From Catajapyx aquilonaris (Eukaryota): a DNA stretch of 49,725 bases. The notes beneath the pieces are model-generated. The model had not been told where the DNA came from. It saw only the letters and a program-made list of their open reading frames with translations, and did not search any database. Of the stretch, positions 24,701 through 38,774 are shown piece after piece (the stretch's first letter is position 1; every line of letters starts with the position of its first letter). The translations under genes and the position numbers were made by a program. Location: NCBI GenBank assembly GCA_000934665.2, contig JYFJ02002865.1, positions 1 through 49,725 on the forward strand. The letters are read 5' to 3'.

Positions 24701-27700
24701 TCCGATGCCACAGTTTGAAGGAAAGTGCGTGAAAAGAAAGTCTTCTGTGTCAAGTGTCGATATTTTCCCACCATTTATTTATCATGGCTTTGGAAAGGGA
24801 GCCTGCTCTTCAGCCTCTCAAACAGTAGCTTAAAATTAAATAGGGTACTGCTGTTGATAAACTAAATTCTTAATTGTGACTCTCATTTTGGCTAATTCAC
24901 CCTCAAAATTCAAACCCTTGTTGGAGGCACAAAGTACATATTCATACCTAAATGAGCCTAAGCCAAAACCCACATTATTGCTTATTAATTTTCCAAACAT
25001 CATATTTATTCGAGTAGAAGTCAATCTGAAATAGATTGCAATAAATGATAACCCCAAAACCGACAGCTTTGAGCAATACATTCTGGGCCTTACTATTTTG
25101 AACAGTGAGGGTGGACAGGGTCTTTTTTTTAGAGTTCTTCTGGATACAGTGGTCTGAGGGCGTTGTCCCGGCAGCCATGTTAGGAGACTCAGTTCATGTG
25201 TAGAGAGAGGTTGGAGGTGGGGGTAGATGGGGTTGGTGAGTAAAGCAGGGGTTGGGTGGGCCCACAGAGGATCGAGGTCGTCAGCTAGGGTGGCCCCATA
25301 TGCAAACACTGCTCCAGGAGAGTAAAGCCAAGCGTACAATGCCACTATTGTCCTCCGTCGTTGTTCTTTTGGATTTTGTCCTAGTATAGTCGACTGCCTT
25401 TTCAGGCACGAGAATTCCTTTTTTTTCTTTTCTTGCCCTTTCCCCCTTCTTCCGCCTCTGGTTGGTGGGATTACAGCTGAATATGCATTTTCTAGCGACA
25501 TGTGCCATTTGTTGAATGAGAGACGTTGCCGTTTTATGTGAGGCTGCAATCGGTTTTTTTTTGCGTATTTTTTTGGCATGCTGAACGAGACATTACTTCC
25601 TGCACTGCAAGTTTTCAGGTTTTGCAACAGGCGAGGGTCCTTGTGACCCCCTTATGCCGTCATATTTTTGCCTGTGACGTAACAACAAATTGATAGAAAC
25701 GGGAAAATCTGTGCCTTCAGGCTATGGATCGGGCGGGCAGGAGGTTAGCGGTCATCCTGATTGACGAAAAAGTCATGCAAAACACATGCAGAATGATGTG
25801 TACTTCACTTGCAATCTAACAAGTATGTCATGATGGGAACTACTAATACATATGGAATGCTATAGACCTACAGCTGTCATGCTTTGAAGATATGGCGCGC
25901 ATAAAGGCATCAGATCAAGGTCTACACCTATGCAGAACAAAAATAGTAACCGGCCTTGAGAGGCTTCTTCTATTTTGTAATGCTTCATAAGACTCGCCAT
26001 TTTTGTGCATATTACATCTATTCTACTTGCAAGGAAAATATTCGAGAAGCTTATAGGACACATCACCTTTAGACAACTGAATTGTCCTTGTAGTGGAACG
26101 GAAAACACAGGGGAGGGGTCATGCATCCTGACATTTCCGCAGCCCTGCACGACGCGCTCAAGCCTAAGTATAGCGTGGCTTAGGCCTAGTTTTTGGCTTC
26201 TCCCAAAGGAAGAGCCATTGCCATTTCATCCCGGTAATAAAATTTCCCGGGGCAAACATCAAAGCCGTGCATCAAGTGTGGCTGCTCCCCAATTAAGATG
26301 TAGAGGATGAGGGCATGCAGTGGAAGGGAGGATGGGGAGGAAGAGGGGGTGTAAATGTGATGTGAAAGATGTAGTAATGGAGGGCAATGGCGATGAGCAT
26401 GGTTCCTGGGAGCGGCCAACCGGAAACATTTTCTTGAGGCTGTAAGTTTCGGGTGAGCGAGGGTTACATTTAAAAAAAAAGAGTTTTGAGTCGGATTACT
26501 ACCTGCCTTATTTTATTTTGACCTTGGCCTTGAAGCAACCGACTTCCCCCCCAACCAACGTATACGTGCCACTTCATATAATACCCGCTCCACAGGATGG
26601 GAAAGTTACCCCGGGGCATGTTAACCCCCTCCACTCCCCCCTTCCTTCTGCTCACTCAAAACTGACATAACCACCCCACCCTGACGGTGTCATTTTTCAA
26701 AATAGGGCAAAGTCAAAAAATCGGTAACCCACATCTTACGTTGCAACGAAGCGACCGAAGGCGATGATACACTTAAATACTGAGCGGCAGACAGTGAAGA
26801 ACTAGTCTAATAAGTAGACGAACAGGTTCACAGGAAGAAAATTGGGTTGGGCTGAAATCATTGCCCTTCGCAGAAACCGACGCCTTTGTTTCGAGTGTTA
26901 GTCATTCGTTGCGTGTGTGGGATTAGGTTTTCTTTGCCTACAACAATGTCTAGGCCGTTGCTTCAAAAAACACCGCATCAAGGTTACCAAGATTGAGGCG
27001 TCGTTTGCATAAAAAATGGGAGTCTGCCTGCTTAATGACGCGATAATCAATATTCCTGACAATGGGTTTTGGCAACATTTCAACAAAGTCATTGTTGTCA
27101 GGAACTTTTTTCCCCCCCCCTCCCTCTATCGGAGGCCAAGCTTATGAAAGGCGCCATAGCCACTTAGGGAAGATGTCCATGTTTCTTCAGGAAGTCTTGA
27201 AGAGAGCTGAGGGACGTAGTATAGCTGGCCATCAATCGAGTCCGGTCGTGCTTGCCCGAATCGTGACACAATTAAAAGCACTCTTGTTGTAGCGGTCGTG
27301 AGAGATATACGCGTCTTTGCGAAAGGAAGACCTCTTTTCAACCGATGTCTGACGTTCCAAGCGGCTGAAATCGAATCAGGTCGGCTTGAAATAATTCAAC
27401 GTCATTTTTTACACTCTCCTTCCCACTTTTTATACGTCTTTAACACATGGTGCTGTAAATATCTGCATCGGTCATTCAACAATCCGGTTTGGTCTGTTTT
27501 GTGTCCGAAGGAGTGACCTACAGAACTTGAGAAAAGTAGGCAGTGGCCCTCACAGTGCTGAAATAATTAAGGCATAATGACCGTTTTTTGTGTGAAACCG
27601 TCAACCTTCAATCATTTTTATAAACGCGGTTACAGTTATCTGCTTACAGTACTGGCCGAAGAAATAAAACGTGACCAGAAACCTGCGAGGTGCTCGGAGC

Positions 27701-30700
27701 CTGTTTCAACATTTAAGGTGCAATCCAATATTTATATCATAGGAATATTAATTACTATAAATTGTCGATTATCCGGAAAGGGACAGTAAGTAGCAGGGTA
27801 GCAGACTATTAGTCTACACCTGCTTCACAACGAAGGTTAGTGTTATGTAAGAGATTGTTTTTAGTTTTGCATGAAGGTAAAAAGTTGGAATATTAGTAAG
27901 AGCTGCCAGCAAAATCATTTTGTAAAGCATAAATACCTTTTGCGTGTTACTTCAACTGTAAACAACAAATTTTTTTTAAAAAAACCTTTCCCTCCACGTT
28001 TCTCACCCCACCTCACAAACACTTGAAATTCTCCAAATGAGCCCCAATTTGACATGAAAATGTTCTGGTTACATTCACACGTATTTCTGGGTAAAGTCCT
28101 TCACCATTCCTCTCGCACACCTCCCCAAGCCACCCCCAGAAAATCTCGCAATTCTCTTGATCGTTTTGCCTGGAAGCATACATCACTTGGCTTGAACATA
28201 TCGACGACAGCCAGATACAATTTTTGGAATCAAACGGCGATAAATGAATGGAAAAGCTGCCACCTCGGAAGTGGCGGCAAACAAGATAAACGAGGCGCCT
28301 GCAGTTTGCCGAAAGCATACGGAATTGCAACCTTAGCACTTGCTTCCAGAAGACGTCGCAGCTTGTAGATCCCCTCCACCTCACCCTATACCCCATTCGC
28401 TTTCCTAGCTTTCTAGACTTCCAATTACGGGGGTGTTGCGACAACCCCGAGACGTAAGTGTATATGGGGTGGCAGGGTGAGAGGGTTTACTTTCTTGAAC
28501 ACAGTTGCGCAATATCAAGAACCTCGCAAGCTCCCATTATCATCGAGCTGCTCGCAGGAGCAAATCCTGCTTGGAGGTTGCGTGCAAATATTTGCGCACC
28601 TGCAGCATCCTGTACAGTAATTATGCGCAGTACATGCAGTCAGGATCCTAGACAAAAGAAGAAGAAAAAACGTGCGAGCATCAAAAAAAATTGTAGTGAA
28701 AAACAAGGCGTAACCTAGTTTTGGATTTTTTTTTCGTATTTTGGGGAGGTGTATGAAGGACATTGTTGGACAATGCGATGTTGGTTGTGTACTTGTGGGC
28801 TTCAAAAAATGGCGTACAGAACTGGATAAACAAGTTTTGACCGTAATATGAGGAAGCAGGATATTTTATATGATAGCTTTTACGTTTGATCTCAAGGCTA
28901 CCGCATCTTTCCTTCTCCGTTTGCACAAAATCGTCGATATAATGAGACTGAAACATGTATGTTTTCGGTGTATGTGACATTCTTCTCATGCGTTCTGCTC
29001 CAAGGTTGTACAGTACATTGGGCACTGATAGTGGAGATTGCATATTCGATTAGAATACTAAAGGCATCGATGTCATCTATATATCCTGTTTTATAGTTTT
29101 AAAAATCTGATTTTGCTGTGTTGCGTAATTGTGTGGGTCGGCCTATAGGAATTTCTGATCAATTCTACTTCTTTTCTAGTCATGACAAGCAAAATCAGCC
29201 CATAAAAATGTGTGGACAAGCTGAGGCATCATCTATTTGCTAATTCCAAGGACGATAAATCTAATGCGCGCTGTGCAGGAATGCATATACGTGTGACATC
29301 CACACCGAATAATTATCGCCAGAAAAATAAACAGGCTGTTTGCTCGTTATGCAAAAGTAACTCCGTACGTCAATACGTAAAAAAATGACACGTGCAATGA
29401 CTAGAGGAACTTGTGTCTATGTTTACTACCAGCAAATAAGTGACTAAAATTAAAACTAACTTGAAGGTAACGAAGGCTGCTTTCATGAAATGTGCTTTCT
29501 TAAACAGCCAGTCATGAATATGCTTTTTATTGTTCGTGATAAACTGTACACGATGAGTAAGTATGATGAAGCGTGAAGTCATCAAACATGCTGATTAGGC
29601 CTATAGATATGACTTATAATTCGTAATTAATGACTGTAATTGAGGGACCAAGAATGGATCTGCACATATTTTCATTTTGTTGCGTCGATGGTTTGTATAG
29701 TATATACGTGCGTCATTTAATATTCACAGGAAAAAGACAGCTGAAGCAAGTATACGTGGGTGTTTCTCGCACAGTATTTGCAGATTTCTGTTTACTCTTG
29801 TGAATAATTTATTACTACCAACTCTGTGGTCTTTTCAGCCTCTATTTACGATCTTTCTCAAAATATTGGGTTTGTTATATGCTGGTTTTGTATTGCATTG
29901 TAAGTTTCACACATAAGGGTATACTTTACGTTCTTCCTAAATTATATGACAAGTTGGGATAAAGACGTCTTACCAAGACCTAGGTCAGTGTAGCTGCACA
30001 ATCATGTACTTAATCGCGATTATTAGTGAGGAACGTGAGCAGATATGATCAAGCAATGTCCATGCAGCCACACTACCATAAATGTCAGAAGCAACCCTCT
30101 TCAAGGCACAGGATCAACCTAGTGCATGAGCAGTGGGTGTAACTCCCCTTCCTTTTCTCTACTTCAAAAAAAAATAAAAACGAAAAGGTTACCTTAGTAC
30201 GACTAGAAACCGGCCGCGTGGTGTGTATCCGTGAAATATGGCAGTAAAATATCTTCCCTCAAGGTGAATACCCAGTGCGGTGTACCCATAAATCAACTCC
30301 ATAAAACTTCAGTATACGATACTGTATATGGAAAACTTGCCCCAAAAATTTGCACGAAAACACTGAAAAAAAAGAGAAAACGTTTAGCATTTATTATTCC
30401 AGGAAACACTTTGACCCTGAATAGTGACTCACGCATAAAAACAGAAAAAGTCATGCGACCTGAGTCAATCGGCAGATTTAAAAGAAAAATACTATACTGC
30501 TGAATGGTTGAGGTTGGAAGAGGAAGCTGCTCACCTTCCCTCAGGCTCTTCTTTTTTTCACTTTTTTCTATACTAAAGAGTGAAGAGCAGAAAAGACGCC
30601 TTTATTGGATGGGAGCGGATCTCCTTGGACCAGCTTGTCTCCTCTTGAAACAGACTGGGTCAGAAGGGCAACACAATTAGTTATTTACATATTTATAGTC

Positions 30701-33651
30701 CTACTTGCAGATTCTTTTAAATTTTTTTGTATAATGCTAGGTGACTCTAATATACAGTATTTGGGTACAGTGACGGGCCTTGTTAGAGTAAATGAACTCT
30801 GAAGCACATCTTGGGGGCAGTTAAGGGGCTGTCATCCTTTTGGCGCAAAACGTAACGTTTCCGCAATTACAGGAGTAATTCGTATTAAAGTTCTGCCATC
30901 TCTTCTTTTCGGTAGTTTGCCACATTAATAATGGGGGGAAAAAAGGAAAATGTGAAAATGAGCACTTTTTTACAAAAAGAAAATTGATTTCTGCAGTCAC
31001 TTTGCCACCATTTCCGCAGGTAGTGGGTGGGGTTTTTTAAAATCCAGGGGGAGTGTTCTTTCTTTTTTTTTCTCTCTTCGCTTGTAACCCTCCAGACATG
31101 TCACTTTGTTTTTCTGAGTACGGAGGGAACGGAAGAAGAAGAGCGGGAAAAGAAAGTCGGTGGAAAATGAAGTTATTTTGCACAGGCAAGGGAGGAGAAA
31201 TAAATTGCATTTCCATTCCTGGTCGTTTGCGAAGCATGCTTCGGGGCAAAGCTTTTCTTCAGCCACCACCTCTAAAAATATTTGCATAATTGCTGCCAGT
31301 AATGTTCATGGTGAGACCGCAATTACAATCGGTCTGCCAAACTATTCCGGCGGAGCTTGTGCAAGAGAAGAGAGAAAAAAGTGGAGCAAACACTATGCTA
31401 GTGGGATACACCAATGGCTTTCGGCGTTGATGGTGGTTGCCATCTTGACTGGAAATTCAGGTTTTTTGGCAATCTGGACGGCCATCTTCATTTCTTTGAT
31501 GAATTGGACTGCATATGTAAAGCCGCTCTGTGGGAGGTTGTACTAGAAAAAGTATAGCAATTAAGTTTGAAAATTAACTCGCAATTTCATACATATGCCT
31601 AAGGGGACCAGGACCAGGACTGTCAAGGTTACAGATGCCTATTGGCAGACACTTCTAGAAATACTGTGCCATTTGAGAGGTTCAAGGCTATGATTAGTCA
31701 CCTATGACTATCTGAACTGAATGATGAAAATCTGAGATATCCTGTAACCGTGAAATGATCAACCATATAGGCTAATAAATTGTAGGCGTTGGATTTGCAA
31801 GCACGCAGTCCGATTGCGCGAAAACTTCGGTCATTACACGTGTGCTTTTGCCGGGACACTGTAATATAAAAGTTCGGGTTCGACAGACACGCATCAACTG
31901 AGCGGATAACAACAGTGCAGTGGTGCAGCTCAATTTCAGCAACAGATTGCAATGGGCGAATCTAATTAACGTCTTCCATTGCCATGATACGTTCCAAAAA
32001 AAGTGCTCGTTTTTGGGGGTCTATATATGGTACATGTAGTTAACATTGCAAATCTCCAGAGAGACTACGCTGTACAATACGATAGGTAATAGTTAAAGGG
32101 CATAGAATCGCATTAGCGGCCAATAATATGGTGATTGGCAAATGCAGGGATAATCCTATTGTAGCGTGTTTAAAACTGGTGGCAACTGGCAGGACAGATA
32201 CATTAATTTTGGTCAAACTATAGTGACGGCAACACCATAATCGGGGCACCATAAGTTTGCAAAGTATCAACGTGCAAAATTGCGACCTGCATTTACGAAT
32301 GAAATGCGCCATCATGACAAAAATCGTTCGTTTCCTATTCAATACAGGATACACCTACTGCGCATTACCTTGTATGGATGCAGAGGGGACACCAACGGAA
32401 TGAACTCATTACGTGCGGATTTCATATAAGGCTAAGAATGTGCCTACGCCAGCAAAAACGCCCTATCTAAATGGCCGTGGACAGGAGAATATCAGGCCGG
32501 AGTTACGTGCTTTGCAGACCTTAGCTATATTTCTGGCATCGTGCATCTCTGTCTGGAAGCCAAACTCCCAAGACGGCTTGTGGCTGCCCCGGAGTAAATA
32601 ATCGTTAGCTCGGCAATGCCTCCTAGGTGTATATTCTTTTCTTCTATTTTCTTTCTCCCCTCCCCTCTCTCTCCATCTGCCAAACCAGCGAATCTGGGGA
32701 ACAAGTCAGCCTGGGTTTCAGGGAATGGCGTTTTGGCCTTCCGGTTATAAACTGGCAGACAGGTAATTCTTTCGGAATTTTCTGCCTGCCTTTCTCACAG
32801 GAACGCCAACCTGTTGCCCCTGCGAATCTGCTATTTCAACTCTTCCATTTTTTCCCCCCCCTCCCGTTCTTCCTTTCTGTTCCCTCTTCAAACATTGTCA
32901 GTGGTGAAGCAACCCACACACACTATGGTCCTCAATCTTTATGGCTGCTGCAACGTTGCTCCACCGGACGATATTCGCCGTAATGGGAATTGATTGGCGA
33001 GGTGGAGACGTGGCAAACCATGGGGGCCTAAACATGGCGGACCAAAAAGGCGTGTGATTTGTAGCTTCCGGAGACAATGCGGCATCGCTGCCTCGACTCC
33101 GCGTGCCACTCGTCACGATCTCATCCCGGAATCGTCGTGGTAGAGCTGGAGGGAGGGTGCGGAAGAAAAAACCAGGCGGAAAAGGAGTTGAGGTCTCAGG
33201 CCAAGAACCTCAGGACTGCACCCTTGAGAGGCGTTAGTTTGCGAATAATTGCGGGCTAACAATTTTGATTATTAGGCTGAATTGATAAAATTCATTTTTT
33301 TTGTGGCGAATGAGAGCACGTGCCTGACTGTATACTGCATCACATGACTAGGTACACTTGCTCGATGCAGGGGCTGTGGACGCCCCCTTCCCACGCCAGT
33401 TTGGCCGAACGGTCATTTACAGTATAATTACTGTACTTATGGGCTGTTTTTGCATTGTTTTCAGCGATATTTTTATGCGGATGAGCCCTAATTCAGCATA
33501 GAATGGCACAAGAACTTAGTAAAACAGTGCATGAATAGGTACTGCGCACTGTGTGTCAAACTGAAGCGATACATTCCACATCTGTATAAATCAAAACTAT
33601 CGAACAGTACAAAATATGTCACTATTATTCTTTGCATTTGCAAATACGGTA

Positions 33652-33717
33652 CACTAAAACCTGTCTATGTTGGACACTCACGTTTCCAAAATGTCCAGCT
33701 TGACGCAGGTTTTATTG
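33652..33717. mobile_element. Minimal Tc1/mariner-like MITE remnant (about 66 bp)
   Basis: TA|CACTAAAACCTGTCTATGTTGGACA ... TGTCCAGCTTGACGCAGGTTTTATTG|CA forms ~25-bp imperfect inverted repeats consistent with a CAGTAAAACCTG-type end and TA flanks. Confidence 0.6.
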
Positions 33718-36700
33718 CAACTTATAAACTTTCGGGACCAGCTAATAGTCGCAACAATCTTGAAAATCTTTGTTCTATACGACAGAGTCATGCGAGTATT
33801 TTTAGTGTGACATGTAGGGCGTCTCTTGTCTTGTGTGCTGCTGTGGTCTCGCGTTTAGTAGTGTGGAAGTAACAGTTGTAGGCTACTAAACTAGAACCCG
33901 CTACTTTTGCTACATTCCAACATGAACTGCTGTAGTAGGCAGGTACAGTACGAGCCGGTATATTTAGCTAACGGAACGTGTGAGCGCTATGAGCTGTCAT
34001 TTCTAACACTCGGTCCAGGTTGCCAAATTGACACTTATTGCGCTATGAAACTGTACACATGTTACCGCCGCTAACTACTCGGAAGTTGCAAGTGCTGTAT
34101 TTGTCGACGAGACTATGCTAACAAGACCACGTTAGGAGAAAGTTACACTTAATTACACACTGATGCTGGCATCAGAATTTTTGTCGCCTGCAAAGTGCAC
34201 TGGAATTGCATTCATTAATTGATGTGCTATAAGTTCGGATCTTGCGGGTTAGAGTGCATAGCGCATTGGGCCGTAAACCTTTTTGCAGGGGTGTTGTGTT
34301 TGCTCAAAATTCCGATGTAATGGTGCTGAAGTGATATTACCGTAATGCAGCAACGGAACAGTTGAGGGTGGATTAACATTGCGATTAACTTAATGATAAG
34401 AGCACCGTTACAATAATGAATTATTACAGGTGTGCGTATTATGTCGTGGCGTAACAACAATTTGCACTACTGTCTCTCACCTTACTCATTTCCTTGCTCA
34501 ACGCCATTTTTCAATATAATCCCATCCTTAAACCTAGTAACAATTGAACACTCATTAGGATTAAGCTGGCTTTTCACAGAAAGAAATTCCAACTGTAAGT
34601 TTTTTACACGTTCAATGAAGCTCAACCGATACCTTATTCACGGTACTTGACCTTAACCTGCTCTCCTTTCGTATGGATTTCCTTCTCCAACAACAACCGG
34701 ATCCTTTCCTAGAAAATTTGTAACTTCAAATGACGTATCAAAAGGTGGGCCACAACAGAGAAAGCCTCGGGTTTTCCAACCAACATATCCCCATGACGCA
34801 ACTGGGAATGTCCATTTCAACATCCACCAAAAAATCAAGGGATCCTGCTTCATCATCCGAGTGTTAATTCGTCGCACACAGCTTTTGCACTCCCAAAAAA
34901 ACATTGGACAGGCACAGAGACGTAGATAATGAGGATGACGAGTGGTATTTTATTACACTAGGCCACAGCAGACGCAGCTATCTGGTGACTTTGCAGATTC
35001 ATCGCAACATTATTTCCTGCATGTTGATGTTTGCGTTGAAATTATCACTTGCCCAGCACAAATAGATTAGCGGTGTTTGCATTCGAGCCCAAAAATAATA
35101 AGGGCTTAGTGTCTGATCGCCGGTGCAGAACAATGGCTGCCGCTATTAAATCTGGCGAGATCGTCTACGAGCAGAGGACACCGGCCTCTGACTTTTTGGG
35201 GGTGAGTTGGGCCATCCCTAGCCCCCCCCCCCCCTCCAGAGCGCAGCACTAATTGCATGTTTATTTGAAAGGTATTTAGGGGAGGTGGGTGCCCATCCTC
35301 GTAAATTTACCAAGGTGGCTTCACAACCCAAAGAGCCTGTTCCGTTGTGGAGCGCAGGTGTGACGCTACCAACTGTAATTGCTTTGTTTGCCGATGCTAT
35401 GTGCGCTAAACGGACCGCAAAGCGCCAGCAAAATACGCTCGTTTGTTCTATTCTTGATGTTATTACGATGCACTGGCCCACTTCGCACTTGTTTCTTCTC
35501 CCAGATGTTCCTCTCATGCTCCGAATTCGTCGGATTTTAGGACCGGGCTCATTGTGTAGTCTATGATGAGTCGAATGAAACGCTGATTTTATGCTCTGCT
35601 GAGGTGTCCCATGGCGCCCCAATTTGGCCAATCCACCACATGGAAGCCCCCTTGTCACGGGGCCTAGCATTTCAAAGGGGACTTCTGGTCACTCACATTA
35701 GCCCTACAAGTCGATGGGGATTCATATAAAGCGGGATTTTTTATTGCATGTAGGCCAGGTGAATATTAGTAAAATGAGGAAAAAGCAGCCTACTTTTAGT
35801 ACATTGTAATAGGCCCTATAGTAACCGTTGAGGTGGCTATGATGTGGCGAGTTGTTGACAACATTTTACCTTTTCACTTCAGGTATGAGAGGTTGGAAAG
35901 TGACCGTTTTATAGAACACAATCTTGCACCTCCCATACTGCCCTCTACAAGGAGATGAAAGTGTACGCAGTACATGTTTGTGTCTCGCTTCCGCAAAGAG
36001 AGTGCTCTTGACCTCCTCGAACTGACGTCACGGAACAGAATGGACATCGTCCTTCAGTTCCCGTTTTCTTTTTATCATCCCTGTCACACACTAGGATCAT
36101 ACATATGTTGTGCTTTCATTTCGAGTCAGGTGAGAGACATTCCAATGAGGATCAGTCCACCATTGTTGAATGGCTGCTCTAATTCCCCAAATGCAAAAAA
36201 ATATATATACAAAAATTTGAGTCTCCCTGACATAAAAGCGAACGGTATTTGCTTGAAAATTCCGGTAAATTAGAGGAAATAGTAGCTTATATCATTTTGT
36301 AAACCACAAAACCAACCAAGATCCAAGAATTCGCACCAAAGCGGAAGACCAAAAAGTGACAATCATGTGACGAAAGGAACGGAAGAGAGGTTTCTCAACC
36401 GTTTTTCTCTCCTCCTCTCATGTGCTTTTTTTGCGGTTTGGGAACTTCCTGGATCTTCATGCACGCATGGAATATTCTCACGAACCAAGCAAAAGTCATA
36501 GGAAGCAAAGATCCTCTCTTCTTTTGTTTTCGTTTACTTCGTGACTCAACTCATCCCGACCTACTTGAACTCAGGTCGTTTCCAAATGGACTCGTGTCGA
36601 TTAGTTATATCGTGAGCACACAAGGGAAACAGCAATTTTGTCAGTTTTAAGTTATTTACAACCCTAGTAGCCCTCATAATGAGCCAGCAAGCCCAAATTT

Positions 36701-38310
36701 TCTATCATGTAAGGATATTATCTCGAAACTGGTTTTTTGGACACGCCCCTAATATTATTGTTACACCCTCCCTTTTTTTGAAAAAAAAAAAGGAAAACAA
36801 TATGTGGGAGAGGTGGATCATGGCGGCTAATTTGTTTGGCCAGCAATCGATTAATGGCGTCGGTTGTCAGCTGGCGTCAGCAAGAAGCATGGGAGGTAAT
36901 CGGAAGTGTCATAATTATGCGGGAGGGGACGCATTAGCGAATTTCAGCTGAATTGTGGGTTTATGATGCTGTAGGGTTTGGAATCGGGGCTGGCACCGAT
37001 TAGTCGGCTGGTTTGAGAGAGCGCGGCGGGAGCTTTTTGGTTAGGCGGGTCCTAATTCAATGACTTTCGGACAACGTTTTAAACAGAGGGGTCTGGAAAT
37101 GGTGAAGCTGCTGAAGAGGGACCCACTCGTGTCCACCAATCTATTCCCAGGAGGGTACGGTATGCGAATATTTTTTGGGATCCCCAAAAAATGATTGATA
37201 ACTTTGAAGGAGTTGTGTGCACCCCACGTTGTGCTGGATATATACAGAGTTGAAAGTTTGTGCCCCGGTTATGGTGTATACATGTTCGGAGTCGCAGTTA
37301 CTTTCATATCGGAAGTTTCTTCTCTCCGAGAAAGATTTTTCTCCATTTCCAACCCCTCCTCCCCCCACCCCCCTCCCCCGTCTCTTCTGGGAAGCGAGCA
37401 TTCCTTTCAAAATGGAAGATTGTCAAGAAACTTGTGCATTACAGGAGTAAACTTTTGCCTCGGTACATTTCACCACGTGCGCCAAATCCAGTGGGAATTT
37501 TCAGTAGCTGTTTACGGCACTGAAATATTGACGAGATACTGTCGACCGTGGACGGAGATGCAGTGATAATATCTGGCCTCATATTCATGTTTTTCAAATT
37601 CCTGTGTTGATGTGTAGGCATTTTGATTGAGTATGCTGCTAGTTCAATTAGGATTTTGAGATGGGTGCAGACTCCTGCATGGTTTCAAAGCCAAACTAGA
37701 CCTGGTGTTTTTTCATGGTCTTTTAATCACCTGCCGCAATGCTTTGACATATGGGTCTCGCCCAAAGGACTGATACCAATCTCTACTACATATTAAAGGA
37801 CAGTACATATTATTGGAACGCTCTGTCGAATACGCCCCAAAAGACACATGCCGGCCGCATAAATTTTGCCTTATTACAGTTACACCCACACGTGATTTGC
37901 GTCAAAAGAGCATCTATAGTCGATCCCACTAAAAATGCAAAATAGGCATATACCATGTTGTCTCCACTGCATCATGAAGGGAACTTTGATAATTAATGGG
38001 TTATCCAGGCAGTGAAAAGCGTCACTGATTTCTATAAATTATTCACTGATCTTGATTAATGTAATTATCAGTTAAATCCTAGAAGAACGACATTTTGATT
38101 TAAATGACGAATTAAAATCGCGGAGTCAGGAGGTTTTATCGTGCACCATGACTCACTGTATTACTGTAACATTATAACATTCATACATATAAACAAGCCG
38201 TAATATCATTATTCATTGTAGTTTTAGTAGACCTATACACTTAGAATATGACTAACTCATTCTTTACGCTATGATTAACATAACTAGTGCGAGTACAGAG
38301 TGAGAATTAT

Positions 38311-38633
38311 AATTGTTGGGTTAGTTGCTCACCCAGAGGGTATTTGCACGGACCTTTATTTCAATCGAAGTATACATGGTGCCATATTCGAAGCGCCCGG
38401 GCCCACGGGCAGGATGACAGGAGGGGATGTGCAAGTGCAGTGCGGTAACGGTGCTTGGTCGTTTTGTGAACTCCCCCGGGTGGTTTAGTCTGTGGACATA
38501 CCACCATAGACGAAGCCAGAGACGACCCCAGAACTCTGCACGAGATGAAGGGGGTGTCCCCGGGTTCGGATCGAACCCGGAACCTTAGCATCCGTGGGCG
38601 CGCACGTTACCGCGGCGCCACTCCGTCTCCCCT
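38311..38633 (-). mobile_element. tRNA-derived SINE (tRNA-Arg(ACG)-like head), 323 bp, perfect 17-bp TSD
   Basis: TACAGAGTGAGAATTAT occurs at 38294-38310 and 38634-38650. The minus-strand head GGGGAGACGGAGTGGCGCCGCGGTAACGTGCGCGCCCACGGATGCTAAGGTTCCGGGTTCGATCC has A/B boxes and resembles tRNA-Arg(ACG) (GTGGCGC..TAACG..ACGGAT..AAG.TTCC.GGTTCGA). Confidence 0.9.
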
Positions 38634-38774
38634 TACAGAGTGAGAATTATTTGCATACACATGACGGGTGGATGGCAACTCCAGTTTTCCAATAAAGTTA
38701 TATTATCATGGCATTTTTTTGCACCTCAGCTAGATCATTATCATATCGGCTATGCCCTATGCGATACTCCTGCA

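Noticed and set aside
24836..25627. Longest ORF (263 aa, minus strand)
   Set aside because: Non-ATG start, composition driven by homopolymer runs, no recognisable domain and no supporting exon structure.
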